DNA of 64,000 nt from Escherichia phage UPEC03: sequence record MW250785, one strand, 5' to 3'. Positions within the stretch are counted from its first letter, which is position 1; every line of letters begins with the position of its first letter. The notes under the pieces are model-generated. The model was not told the DNA's origin, did not search any database, and worked only from the letters and a program-made list of their open reading frames with translations. The position numbers and the translations under genes were made by a program. Shown in pieces: positions 42,788 through 51,053 of the stretch.

Positions 42788-42982
42788 TCACAAAAATAGT
42801 TTCACTTCGCTACCGCATTTCGGGCAGACGATATGTTTTTTCACGATGTAATCAGCAGCACGGAAGAAACCGTTGTAGAACACTTCGTTTTTCTTCTGTA
42901 CATCAGACAATTCATACTCTAACCCACTTTTGCAGTTAGCGCAAACGGTAATTAGCTTTGGACTAACAATAACGCTGATCAT
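42788..42982 (-). CDS. Small zinc-ribbon protein (64 aa)
   Basis: ATG 42982 with SD GAGGT. MISVIVSPKLITVCANC...VCPKCGSEVKL. Confidence 0.55.
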   Translation of the reverse strand: MISVIVSPKLITVCANCKSGLEYELSDVQKKNEVFYNGFFRAADYIVKKHIVCPKCGSEVKLFL

Positions 42983-42993
42983 GTATACCTCAC

Positions 42994-43017
42994 GAAAAAG
43001 GGGGCCGAAGCCCCCTT
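42994..43017 (-). terminator. Rho-independent terminator after phoH
   Basis: - strand AAGGGGGC-TTCG-GCCCCCTT followed by TTTT. Confidence 0.75.
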
Positions 43018-43019
43018 GA

Positions 43020-44366
43020 TTAAAAGTTCTCTTCGACGAATGCAGCCAGTCGCCCACGATATACGGTATCCAGGATCACATGACTTGAATGACCGTACTC
43101 TTTAAGTTTTTCAACCGCATACACAAAGCCGTTGTTAACAGCAGTGTTGCGCGGGTTGTCAATCTGTTTAATGTTCCCGCATAGTATCAGAAGGGTGTTC
43201 TCACCGCAACGGGAAATGATGGATTTGATTTCGTGATTGCTCAAGTTTTGACATTCATCAACAATCAGAACCGAACCTTTACCCGGATCAGGATGCCCGA
43301 TTGAGCGCCCACGGAAGTAATACAGGCTAGGGAACTGGACAACGTTTTTCTCCAGCAGCCCTTCTACGTATTTGTCAACTTCCGGTTGATCCTTAAACAG
43401 AATGTTCAGGCTCGTAATACATGGTTCTACAGCAGGACGCAGTTTTTCGCCAAGAGTACCAGGTAAGAACCCGATTTCGCCCGACAGAGGGCTATCTGCC
43501 TTGACATACATCAGGTTTGCGAAGTGTCCCGCGTTTACCATGTGCATTGCACCAGCAACAGCCAGCATGGTTTTACCTGAACCCGCCGCGCCCATGATGG
43601 TCACAACGTCATTGTTTTTGTCCAGAATAGCATCAACGAATGACGCTTGCAGAGCATCGCGAGGCTGAATTGTTTTCATCAGCTTACGCTTTAACGCCTG
43701 TTCGTGCTTAATAGGCAACACTTCAAGCTGAAACTCTCCAGCATTCACCACACGCCCTACAATCTCACCACACGATAGAATGTATTGGTTAGGGTAGAAA
43801 TCCGCGTCAGGAAGCGATGAATACGTTATAACGGCAACAGGCCCGACATACTCCAGGACTTCAACAGTTTCCCAGAACAGAGGCAGGTCGATATAACCTG
43901 AATACAACACATCACTATCTTTCAGCGAGTCATCGCCAGTGTATTGAAGAACCGAACAACCTTTAGACATCGCGATCAACAGCATGTTAATGTCACGAGT
44001 CACCAGAGTTGCGCCCTGCTGAATACAAGTTGCAATGATCCGCGCATCCTGTTTATCCAGAGGGAATTCTTCGGTGCCGTCATAATCGACGATTTTCAGT
44101 GTTACGCTTTCCGGTACTGCTGGGTTCGATAAGTTTAACGAAACCCCTGTTTGGGTAATTGCTTCATAATTTTGTCCCAGGATTGCTTTGGACAAAAGCC
44201 GGATCGCCAGTCGTGCTTCATGAGCGGTTCGCTCTTTGCTTTTCAGGTGATCCAGTTCTTCCATCGTTGCAGCGGTGATAATGATTTCGCTGTCAGGTTC
44301 GATGTAAGAATAGATTGAATATGGGTTACTAATCAAAACATTGGTGTCTAATACGTATTTTGACAT
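43020..44366 (-). CDS. phoH: PIN-domain / PhoH-like ATPase fusion
   Basis: 448 aa. N-terminal PIN (YVLDTNVLI). Walker A GAAGSGKT and Walker B LIVDECQN. Confidence 0.85.
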   Translation of the reverse strand: MSKYVLDTNVLISNPYSIYSYIEPDSEIIITAATMEELDHLKSKERTAHEARLAIRLLSKAILGQNYEAITQTGVSLNLSNPAVPESVTLKIVDYDGTEEFPLDKQDARIIATCIQQGATLVTRDINMLLIAMSKGCSVLQYTGDDSLKDSDVLYSGYIDLPLFWETVEVLEYVGPVAVITYSSLPDADFYPNQYILSCGEIVGRVVNAGEFQLEVLPIKHEQALKRKLMKTIQPRDALQASFVDAILDKNNDVVTIMGAAGSGKTMLAVAGAMHMVNAGHFANLMYVKADSPLSGEIGFLPGTLGEKLRPAVEPCITSLNILFKDQPEVDKYVEGLLEKNVVQFPSLYYFRGRSIGHPDPGKGSVLIVDECQNLSNHEIKSIISRCGENTLLILCGNIKQIDNPRNTAVNNGFVYAVEKLKEYGHSSHVILDTVYRGRLAAFVEENF

Positions 44367-44375
44367 ACATTAACC

Positions 44376-44900
44376 TTATGTGGTTTCGTTAAAAAATGTG
44401 CCGAAAACCTCTTTCGCTTTCCGGTCATAAACGGCTTTTGCTTCTTCTGGAGTGGTATAATACCCCAAAAATTTTCTTTTTCCATCTATGTTTATCTGCG
44501 CTTTATACTTCCCATTTGCTTTGTGATAAGAAACACCTTTCAACCCCGTACTGCTGTTTGAATTACATTTCTTTTTCATCGCGTTTTGTTGGTTCGTCGC
44601 TTTCTGTAGATTTCTTGCTGTATCTCCATTTTCAACACCATACACATGATCTACGATAGGAGGAAGATAACCATTCTCAACGTAAAACACTATTCGGTGT
44701 CGCAAATACATAGAACCTTTAAAATGAATTTGGGAATACTCGTTCTTGCTTCCGGCTTCACTTCCAGGAGACATAGGGCCGCGCTGAATTTTCCAATACA
44801 CTTTTCCCGTAGATGTATCAACATCTACATAACTCAGAAGAGACTCAATCCCTTGAATCTCTTCCTGTATGGTTCTTGATGAATAACCATGACTTTTCAT
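44376..44900 (-). CDS. Free-standing HNH homing endonuclease with AP2 domain (paralog 3 of 3)
   Basis: 174 aa from ATG 44900 (TAATG coupling). VDHVYGVENGDTARNLQKATNQQN and LKGVSYHKANGKYKAQINIDGKRKFLGYYTTPEEAKAVYDRKA. Confidence 0.8.
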   Translation of the reverse strand: MKSHGYSSRTIQEEIQGIESLLSYVDVDTSTGKVYWKIQRGPMSPGSEAGSKNEYSQIHFKGSMYLRHRIVFYVENGYLPPIVDHVYGVENGDTARNLQKATNQQNAMKKKCNSNSSTGLKGVSYHKANGKYKAQINIDGKRKFLGYYTTPEEAKAVYDRKAKEVFGTFFNETT

Positions 44901-45370
44901 TACATACCCAAACGGATAATATGGATATATGGGAACGGGTGAAGATGACTTGAACGCATACACAAGGTCAGTGTTTTTGCCAGTTCAAACCGTTCGTCGA
45001 TCGTCATGTCGCATTCATCGAAAATCAGGTTGATTGCCTGATACTTGATCGTTTGTCCACGGAAAATGGTATTCAGATCTTGACGTTTCGACAGAATGAA
45101 AGACGAATCAGCGCCCTTATCCATTCCATGTTCTGCCGCAGCACAAATACCCATTTGCTTTGTCGGCGCAACGTAGATATTCAGTGTCCCTTTCGACTGC
45201 TTGATGATATCGAAAGCCGCTTTGGTTTTACCCGACATCCGGCCCATATCCAGCGCAGTTTCGAAAATAGACACACCGCCGCATTCTTGCCCCCAACGCC
45301 CATCAATGATTCGCGCAAGGTGCAGGTTACGTGACTGCTTTACAGCGTCAACATAGAATTGTGAAATCAT
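44900..45370 (-). CDS. Small P-loop NTPase-like protein (156 aa)
   Basis: Walker A-like GRMSGKT and Walker B-like LIFDECD. Confidence 0.5.
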   Translation of the reverse strand: MISQFYVDAVKQSRNLHLARIIDGRWGQECGGVSIFETALDMGRMSGKTKAAFDIIKQSKGTLNIYVAPTKQMGICAAAEHGMDKGADSSFILSKRQDLNTIFRGQTIKYQAINLIFDECDMTIDERFELAKTLTLCMRSSHLHPFPYIHIIRLGM

Positions 45371-45379
45371 GTTGTCGCC

Positions 45380-45775
45380 TTATGCAAGTTCAACGTGTGG
45401 TGCGTCGATAAATTTCGTTTCAATAGGAAGATTTGGATCGTTCTTCCAGTTGATACCGTAACGCAGTTTTACACCCTGTTCACCAGCGGCTTGTTTCACT
45501 GCATTCAGGACAGGCAACCACACTTTCGGGTTAGTCTGCCAGCCAGCAGGGAGAACGCTAGGATACAGATCCACAGCATCACCAGTGATGTGTTTTGAGT
45601 TCATGGTCTGGGAAACACCCTTGCGGACGTTCTCGCGCTGTTGCTCTACGGTGCGCAGACCTTCGCGTACACCAAAATCAACAGGCGAGAGTTCCAAAGC
45701 ACGTTTTACCACCTTAACCAGTTCCGGCTTCACGCCTTGCAGGTTGTTCAGGCTTTTCTGACTAAATTTAAACAT
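45380..45775 (-). CDS. Endolysin, L-alanyl-D-glutamate peptidase (peptidase M15 / VanY-like)
   Basis: 131 aa. Zn ligand pattern SKHITGDAVDL ... DAPHVEL, as in T5-type endolysins. Confidence 0.8.
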   Translation of the reverse strand: MFKFSQKSLNNLQGVKPELVKVVKRALELSPVDFGVREGLRTVEQQRENVRKGVSQTMNSKHITGDAVDLYPSVLPAGWQTNPKVWLPVLNAVKQAAGEQGVKLRYGINWKNDPNLPIETKFIDAPHVELA

Positions 45776-45842
45776 ACATACCTCTTTATGAAAATACCCT
45801 ATGGGCTACACAGGGTATTTACGGTTTAAGAGGCGCAACGTT

Positions 45843-46241
45843 TTACATGTAACCCCAAATTGCATCTTCCGCGCGATCGCGTTTCCAGCGAATCGTCATT
45901 TCAACACTCTCCTGTTTGTCATCAGGAGGAAGTTTATCATTATTGATTTGTTCAATATATGCTTGCGCATCTGCTTCGCTACGGAACAACGCATGGAAAT
46001 TATAATGGTTGCGCCCAGTTACGTTACGATCATCCAGAGAGAATTGACCTTTATTTTCCCAATCATCATACACAGTGATTCCGTTAACAAACAGCCCCAG
46101 CCCACGATGTTCACGCGGGAAGCCAGTGATGATATGTTTTCGACCCATCTGTGCCTTTTCACCAGTGATACTGATTACTTCGTACAGGATTGCGCCAGGT
46201 TTGATATCTTTCAGGACAGCACGTTTTTCAAAAGCGTTCAT
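45843..46241 (-). CDS. Hypothetical protein (132 aa)
   Basis: ATG 46241 preceded by GAGGAATACATA. Confidence 0.55.
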   Translation of the reverse strand: MNAFEKRAVLKDIKPGAILYEVISITGEKAQMGRKHIITGFPREHRGLGLFVNGITVYDDWENKGQFSLDDRNVTGRNHYNFHALFRSEADAQAYIEQINNDKLPPDDKQESVEMTIRWKRDRAEDAIWGYM

Positions 46242-46296
46242 AATGTATTCCTCACAATTAGTTTTCATATACAGATTACCACAATCTGTTTTGATG

Positions 46297-46617
46297 TCAA
46301 CAAGGTCTATCGTTTTTATTTGGGAAAGTTAACTGGAACAGGCGATCGTGTAATCCCTCGATCCGCTCATACGCTTGTTTCAGGATCGTCTTATCTTCTG
46401 GGTTCGTTGTCTCGATACAGATCAGTTCGTCCGAGTCGATAGCGATCACATCATCCATCAGTGAAGCGAATACGTTCACGTCAGGGTGAGTCAATTCCTT
46501 TATCTCCGCTTCCATCCCGTCATGCTGGGATAACAGTTCGATGATATCGCGCTGTAGATCTCCCTGGTACGGGAATCCGGTTTGAAGATGGTTAATAATT
46601 CTTTCTGCTTTGGTCAT
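46297..46617 (-). CDS. Hypothetical protein (106 aa)
   Basis: First ORF after the terminator at 46628-46650. Confidence 0.55.
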   Translation of the reverse strand: MTKAERIINHLQTGFPYQGDLQRDIIELLSQHDGMEAEIKELTHPDVNVFASLMDDVIAIDSDELICIETTNPEDKTILKQAYERIEGLHDRLFQLTFPNKNDRPC

Positions 46618-46627
46618 ATTTCACCTA

Positions 46628-46650
46628 CAAAAAAAGCCCCTTTCGGGGCT
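46628..46650 (-). terminator. Rho-independent terminator
   Basis: - strand AGCCCC-GAAA-GGGGCT followed by TTTTTTT. Confidence 0.8.
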
Positions 46651-46654
46651 GGGA

Positions 46655-46918
46655 TTAAATGTCTTTGCACTGGCAAACACCGTATTTGGTGAAAGGCTTG
46701 TCACCGCTCAGGTAAGACCAGAAATCGCAAGCCTGTTCAGCGGTTTCGAAGATTACAGCATCATAGAAGCCGTGTTCTTCGTTACCATCTTTATTGAGGA
46801 ACACAGGAAGCCAGCTTTGCGGTTTGAAGCAGTCAGTAACAACTACCCAACCTTCTTTCGCTTTCATTGCTTCTTTGTTCGCTTCAACCATTTCCAGCAT
46901 TTCGTTCAGTAAGTTCAT
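46655..46918 (-). CDS. Hypothetical protein (87 aa)
   Basis: SD AAGGGGA upstream. Confidence 0.55.
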   Translation of the reverse strand: MNLLNEMLEMVEANKEAMKAKEGWVVVTDCFKPQSWLPVFLNKDGNEEHGFYDAVIFETAEQACDFWSYLSGDKPFTKYGVCQCKDI

Positions 46919-46959
46919 TTCAATCCCCTTGTTTATCTGTTTCGTTGTCTACGAGAGAG

Positions 46960-46987
46960 ATATTATCACAACGGGGATTAGTGTCAA
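46960..46987 (-). promoter_or_regulatory. Sigma70-type early promoter
   Basis: - strand TTGACA (46987-46982), 16 nt spacer, TAATAT (46965-46960), leader ...GACAACGAAACAG. ATCCCC (46979-46974) can pair with the SD GGGGAT (46928-46923). Confidence 0.65.
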
Positions 46988-46990
46988 CAG

Positions 46991-47254
46991 TTATTCGAAA
47001 CGAATTGTGCTATTTTTGAAAAACATTCCAGAGCACACAGATCCTTTGATCTGCTTGCCGTTCACACCAGTTGCTTCGAATCCGGTTGAGTATGTGTCTT
47101 TTTCAGAACATGCAAACCACTTGTAACCCGTGAACTGGATGTTCGTATAACCCTGTGCTTCCAGGATACGCTGTGCCTCTTTCTCGTCAGTACAGCTTGA
47201 CTGCAAGAACACAACAACGACAACCATCAAAATACACACAACAATTTTCCACAT
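46991..47254 (-). CDS. Probable lipoprotein / signal-anchored small protein (87 aa)
   Basis: MWKIVVCILMVVVVVFLQSSC. Hydrophobic N-terminus with a lipobox-like LQSSC, which is not canonical at -3. Confidence 0.5.
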   Translation of the reverse strand: MWKIVVCILMVVVVVFLQSSCTDEKEAQRILEAQGYTNIQFTGYKWFACSEKDTYSTGFEATGVNGKQIKGSVCSGMFFKNSTIRFE

Positions 47255-47257
47255 AAT

Positions 47258-47686
47258 TTATACTCTTTTAAGGTTAGTTTTGCTGGCTTCGATCCAGCTT
47301 ACTTGGTTAGATCCAATATCACCCAGACATACAGTTGTATGACTAAATGTGTTCGGTAAAGAAACACCATCAGGAGATAACAACAAATCATGTACACTTA
47401 CGCTGGTTGCATACAAATAACCACCGGACGTATACAGTGTTTTTATGAAATCATATGAATCGTTGGGCCACTTGAAACGGTATTTCTGGTTCCAGAGTTC
47501 AACTTCATGCACATCATATTCATCGAACAGGGGATCGTTGCCCTTTGTCGCTTCGTAAAGCGCACCGCGCCATTCAACTAAATCCGCTTCGATATCACTT
47601 ACACAAAACTCTTCTTTTGCGCTCAGTTTATCAAGCATCATTTCAATAGTGCGGATAGCCATGCTTAATTCACGATCGAGTTTCAT
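47258..47686 (-). CDS. Hypothetical protein (142 aa)
   Basis: ATG 47686 is ATGA-coupled. The track start is an upstream non-ATG extension. Confidence 0.55.
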   Translation of the reverse strand: MKLDRELSMAIRTIEMMLDKLSAKEEFCVSDIEADLVEWRGALYEATKGNDPLFDEYDVHEVELWNQKYRFKWPNDSYDFIKTLYTSGGYLYATSVSVHDLLLSPDGVSLPNTFSHTTVCLGDIGSNQVSWIEASKTNLKRV

Positions 47687-48045
47687 ACAATACCCTCTTC
47701 TTCGAGCACTTCCCAGATCAGGCGATCCAGGTGCATCAGGTTCCACATAACGGAGTCATACGAACCCAGCGAGCGGGAGTAAATCACTCCCCATGAACGA
47801 TAAGCCTTTTGGAATGATTCAGCACTGTTTTCATCGTGCGGCATATCGTCACCCGAAGCGATCAGCAGTTTCAGAACCATCAGGCTATTGAGTGCCTTTG
47901 GTGTGAATTCCTGTTCGCTTAACTTCATCGCGTAGCGTTCGATGATCGCGATTGACTTCGGATCTTTAATACGCCCATCTGTACGGCGCGTTTTAAACGC
48001 TCTCATTAATTCATCAACTACGGCGGTACACTTCATATGCTTCAT
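47683..48045 (-). CDS. Hypothetical protein (120 aa)
   Basis: ATG 48045 preceded by AGGAAAAGG. Confidence 0.5.
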   Translation of the reverse strand: MKHMKCTAVVDELMRAFKTRRTDGRIKDPKSIAIIERYAMKLSEQEFTPKALNSLMVLKLLIASGDDMPHDENSAESFQKAYRSWGVIYSRSLGSYDSVMWNLMHLDRLIWEVLEEEGIV

Positions 48046-48391
48046 CCTTTTCCTGTACAGACATCCGATTATAGCGGATCTCTTCGCGCTGTTCAACTTC
48101 TCTCACTGCTTCGGCTTTCTTTTCAGCGGTGAGTATGTGATGTACTACAGCGTTTCGGATTTCCCAGAGATATTCAATCATCTGCATATCTTCAACGGTG
48201 TGGTAGCCTTTCATATCACATTCAAATACAATTTCATCGCGTTCTGCCATTGCCACCTGTGCGGTAGAAGGACAAATAACCATTCCAGAGTATTTTTCAA
48301 TCAACGATTCCAGTGTACGCGGTTTTGCTGGAATGTCAATAGATACCGGAACCATTCGCATCGTTGAATCATTATGGGATTGGTAAATCAT
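48014..48391 (-). CDS. Hypothetical protein (125 aa)
   Basis: TGATG-coupled upstream. Confidence 0.55.
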   Translation of the reverse strand: MIYQSHNDSTMRMVPVSIDIPAKPRTLESLIEKYSGMVICPSTAQVAMAERDEIVFECDMKGYHTVEDMQMIEYLWEIRNAVVHHILTAEKKAEAVREVEQREEIRYNRMSVQEKDEAYEVYRRS

Positions 48392-48684
48392 CAGAATGTG
48401 ATCTCCGCAAACTGCATTCTACGCTCAATCGCATGGATAGCGTTATCACGCTGTTCTTTGTTTTCATATCCAGCCCAGGTAATCGGAGTTGAACAGATCA
48501 GGTGAAAAGTGATTGCTGGGTGTCTCTTCCCTTCAACAACGATTGTTGCATCATCTTCGATCCAGGTTACGTGATCCAGATTCACCGGATAGTTTCTTAC
48601 GGTAACAGTTTCACCAACCATAGGCGACACGTCCAGAATATCACGATCACGAACGTATGATTTAATACGAGATACGATTAACAT
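48391..48684 (-). CDS. Hypothetical protein (97 aa)
   Basis: TAATG-coupled to the radical SAM gene. Confidence 0.55.
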   Translation of the reverse strand: MLIVSRIKSYVRDRDILDVSPMVGETVTVRNYPVNLDHVTWIEDDATIVVEGKRHPAITFHLICSTPITWAGYENKEQRDNAIHAIERRMQFAEITF

Positions 48685-49838
48685 TATTTCAACTCCACTG
48701 CATATACATCGGTTTCAGGGGCTTTGTGTACGCGCATATCTTTACCACATACCGCATAAGCCGGACAGTTACGGCAACCGTTATGATCCTTGTTGCCCGT
48801 CAGTTCTTTACGGAACTGTTTTGTTTTCGGGTGTTCCCAGATATCCTTCACAAAATCTTCGGCTTCCAGAACATCCAGACCTTCTTCCCAGCCACCTTCA
48901 ACCCAACGTTCGGTAAACGAGCAAGGGAAGAACTGACCACGTTCATTAATGTAAGAGCTAAACATCGTCGCTTCACAGTCTTCGGCGTATTGCTTGTACT
49001 GTTCGAAGTTCGGGTGTCCCTCCATCGCTTCAACGAAAGCGGGGGCTGAACAGCTATCGAATCCAAATCCTACACCAGAATCGAGGCAATATTCAACAAG
49101 TTTTTTATATTGTTCGCGGGTAACGGTGTCCCAGTTCTTACCGCGTCCTTTTTGTTTCAGTCCCAGGAACACGATCGCGTTGACTTGTTTCAGGCGCGGA
49201 TCATTCTTCACGGCATCAACCACGTTAAACGCATCATCATAGGTTTTCGAGCTAACCATGAAGTGAAGGTTGATTTGCTGTTGTCCGGCTTCTGTCAGGT
49301 TCGCTACTGAGTCGAAAGCGACATCAAAACCAGCGTGTTTATAAACCGATACCGCAACAGCCCCAGCAACCGCCGCTAAACGCGCTGCAACGTCTTTTGA
49401 TACGTCAGCAATGGTAAGGTTCGGTACAATGCCTTTAGAACGCGCATACGCCATCATATCGAACATATCAGGGTTTGTTTGCCCCTGTGCATCAGCACCG
49501 AGTGCGCATTGAGTCAGCCAGGGCATTTTGTCGATGATTTTTTTGAAGTTGGCAAGATCCATGTTGAACCCGTTAGGGTTATTGGACTTGTAGCAGAACC
49601 CGCAGAGTTTACCAGCGGGACCATTACATTTGGTAGTGATCTCAACATCCAAGATTTCTGGGAATGGGGCATAGGTAGGATCAGTTTCGAACGATGTTCC
49701 CCAGCGAGCAAACTCACCAGTTTTAACGTTGAAATTGTAGTTGTACCAATTAGAGCGAGCGAAGCGCATATTACCCTGCTGGTAAATCATTAGCGAAGGG
49801 GCTTTCATTACAGTCTGTGCGCGGTCAATAATATCCAT
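48684..49838 (-). CDS. Radical SAM-like enzyme with atypical CX7CX2C cluster and SPASM/twitch-like C-terminal Cys motif
   Basis: 384 aa. ITTKCNGPAGKLCGFCYKSN has the T..CN..C..CY context with a 4-residue insertion. C-terminal GCRNCPAYAVCGKD (CxxCx5C). Confidence 0.6.
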   Translation of the reverse strand: MDIIDRAQTVMKAPSLMIYQQGNMRFARSNWYNYNFNVKTGEFARWGTSFETDPTYAPFPEILDVEITTKCNGPAGKLCGFCYKSNNPNGFNMDLANFKKIIDKMPWLTQCALGADAQGQTNPDMFDMMAYARSKGIVPNLTIADVSKDVAARLAAVAGAVAVSVYKHAGFDVAFDSVANLTEAGQQQINLHFMVSSKTYDDAFNVVDAVKNDPRLKQVNAIVFLGLKQKGRGKNWDTVTREQYKKLVEYCLDSGVGFGFDSCSAPAFVEAMEGHPNFEQYKQYAEDCEATMFSSYINERGQFFPCSFTERWVEGGWEEGLDVLEAEDFVKDIWEHPKTKQFRKELTGNKDHNGCRNCPAYAVCGKDMRVHKAPETDVYAVELK

Positions 49839-49849
49839 GTATATAGTTC

Positions 49850-50056
49850 TCAGAATTTAATGTGGGATTGGAAAACAGCACGAGCAAGTGTTTCGCTATC
49901 GAACGGGATTGATGTTCCCTGGTCTTTGCTGTCAATGTTAACGCGCCAGAACTCACTAGACCCGTTTTTGGTGGAGTAATGCATCAGCGTTACCGTCTTA
50001 TTCTTTTCCAGGAAGGTGCGTTTATCAATCTCTGTTTTTATTTCGTGCTGCATCAT
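49850..50056 (-). CDS. Hypothetical protein (68 aa)
   Basis: ATGA coupling. Confidence 0.5.
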   Translation of the reverse strand: MMQHEIKTEIDKRTFLEKNKTVTLMHYSTKNGSSEFWRVNIDSKDQGTSIPFDSETLARAVFQSHIKF

Positions 50057-50313
50057 TTTACACTCCGTTTCAGTTTACGTTCGTCAGCCAGTTCTTTTTT
50101 GTACGTTTTGATGTACTTCCCGTTAAGGATGCGAAGCTGTTGGAAAACTTTGTTGCACAAAGCACGTTTTGCTTTGTATTCCTGCGTATTACGGATTGAT
50201 TCGACCGTCATACCCATTTCGTTTTTAGGGTACGCGCTCAACTCCCTGCCGATCTCTCTGTGCCAGTTGCTTAACTGATCACGCTGTGCTTTGTACTCTT
50301 CAAAAGTTAACAT
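50053..50313 (-). CDS. Basic hypothetical protein (86 aa)
   Basis: SD GGAG upstream; first ORF after the promoter stem-loop. Confidence 0.55.
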   Translation of the reverse strand: MLTFEEYKAQRDQLSNWHREIGRELSAYPKNEMGMTVESIRNTQEYKAKRALCNKVFQQLRILNGKYIKTYKKELADERKLKRSVK

Positions 50314-50337
50314 AACAATCTCCGGTTTCGTTTCTAT

Positions 50338-50372
50338 GTGTGTAAGGTATCATTACCCTACACACAACGCAA
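50338..50372 (-). promoter_or_regulatory. Early promoter overlapped by a 12-bp stem-loop (class B)
   Basis: - strand TTGCGT (50372-50367), 17 nt spacer, TACCTT (50349-50344). The stem 50365-50354 / 50349-50338 has one pair that is G-U only on the - strand RNA. Leader ATAGAAACGAAACC. Confidence 0.55.
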
Positions 50373-50379
50373 GCGATTT

Positions 50380-50580
50380 TTATTTTCCGTAAAGAACACA
50401 ATATTCTTTATATTTTTCACGGGCTTTTTCTTCATTACTAAAGGAAACTCCCATTCCAAAATCAGAACCTTCGAACGTAACATCCCACGATTCATACCCA
50501 TCTTCCGAATAATAGGAAAGTGTTATTTTACGATCTTCAAGAACAAGTTGTTCAACAACAATATCAATTTCAGTAGTCAT
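50380..50580 (-). CDS. Hypothetical protein (66 aa)
   Basis: ATGA-coupled to the upstream 48-aa ORF. Confidence 0.55.
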   Translation of the reverse strand: MTTEIDIVVEQLVLEDRKITLSYYSEDGYESWDVTFEGSDFGMGVSFSNEEKAREKYKEYCVLYGK

Positions 50581-50723
50581 AGTTCATTTCCATAATCTTT
50601 TGCTGCATCTTCGGGGGTTGCGTCCAGTCGGTAAAGCTCAACGGCTAACGGACTGGGTTTGATTTCGCGGTTCAGGATCTCACTGATACCGCGAAGGAAT
50701 TCGATATAAGGACGGAATCTCAT
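50577..50723 (-). CDS. Hypothetical protein (48 aa; below track cutoff)
   Basis: MRFRPYIEFLRGISEILNREIKPSPLAVELYRLDATPEDAAKDYGNEL. ATGA overlaps at both ends fill an otherwise 139-nt gap. Confidence 0.55.
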   Translation of the reverse strand: MRFRPYIEFLRGISEILNREIKPSPLAVELYRLDATPEDAAKDYGNEL

Positions 50724-50971
50724 TTGATACGTACCGCGTTAAAAGCCTGGTTGCGCAGTTCATAAGCCTGTTCAAGCTGTTCTGTAGTGAACAGAGGACT
50801 ATCGGTGTTAGTGGTGAAACTGCAAATGGTTTTGTTGTCGGCGTTAACTTCTTCAACAACGATTTCATAACCCCAGATCCCGCTGTACTCACATTTCACG
50901 TTACGGTACTTGATGTAAACCGCAGCAACATCTTCTTTTTTGTAGTTCCGGCTTTTGTAGATGATTTCCAT
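50720..50971 (-). CDS. Hypothetical protein (83 aa)
   Basis: ATG 50971 preceded by GAAGGAGGATATC. The longer track ORF reads through the PeSL. Confidence 0.6.
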   Translation of the reverse strand: MEIIYKSRNYKKEDVAAVYIKYRNVKCEYSGIWGYEIVVEEVNADNKTICSFTTNTDSPLFTTEQLEQAYELRNQAFNAVRIK

Positions 50972-50998
50972 GATATCCTCCTTCGTTTCGATGTGTGT

Positions 50999-51037
50999 AA
51001 TATAACAAAACCCCTCACCATAGACAAGGGGTTTCTT
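50999..51037 (-). promoter_or_regulatory. PeSL-type terminator/early-promoter stem-loop (class A)
   Basis: - strand hairpin 51034-51008, -35 TTGTCT (51027-51022), 17 nt spacer, -10 TATATT (51004-50999), leader ACACACATCGAAACGAAGGAGG. Confidence 0.7.
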
Positions 51038-51053
51038 TAACAAAAAGTGCTAT

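Noticed and set aside
48684-49838. The radical SAM protein as the dedicated activase of the phage GrcA-like glycyl-radical protein
   Set aside because: Glycyl-radical activases are about 250 aa with an N-terminal CX3CX2C. This protein is 384 aa with a CX7CX2C and a different C-terminal domain. It lies 39 kb away on the other strand, and nothing in the sequence links the two.
50972-51043. N-terminal extensions '...GFCYITHIETKEDI', '...GLCYITHIETKQRKENI' and '...GFCYIRGVETKEAI' on the track ORFs at 50720-51043, 52221-52502 and 56370-56567, which look like a conserved protein motif
   Set aside because: The shared peptide is simply the translation of the repeated PeSL promoter and leader DNA. 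The real starts are the downstream ATGs that follow the SD (50971, 52424, 56510).
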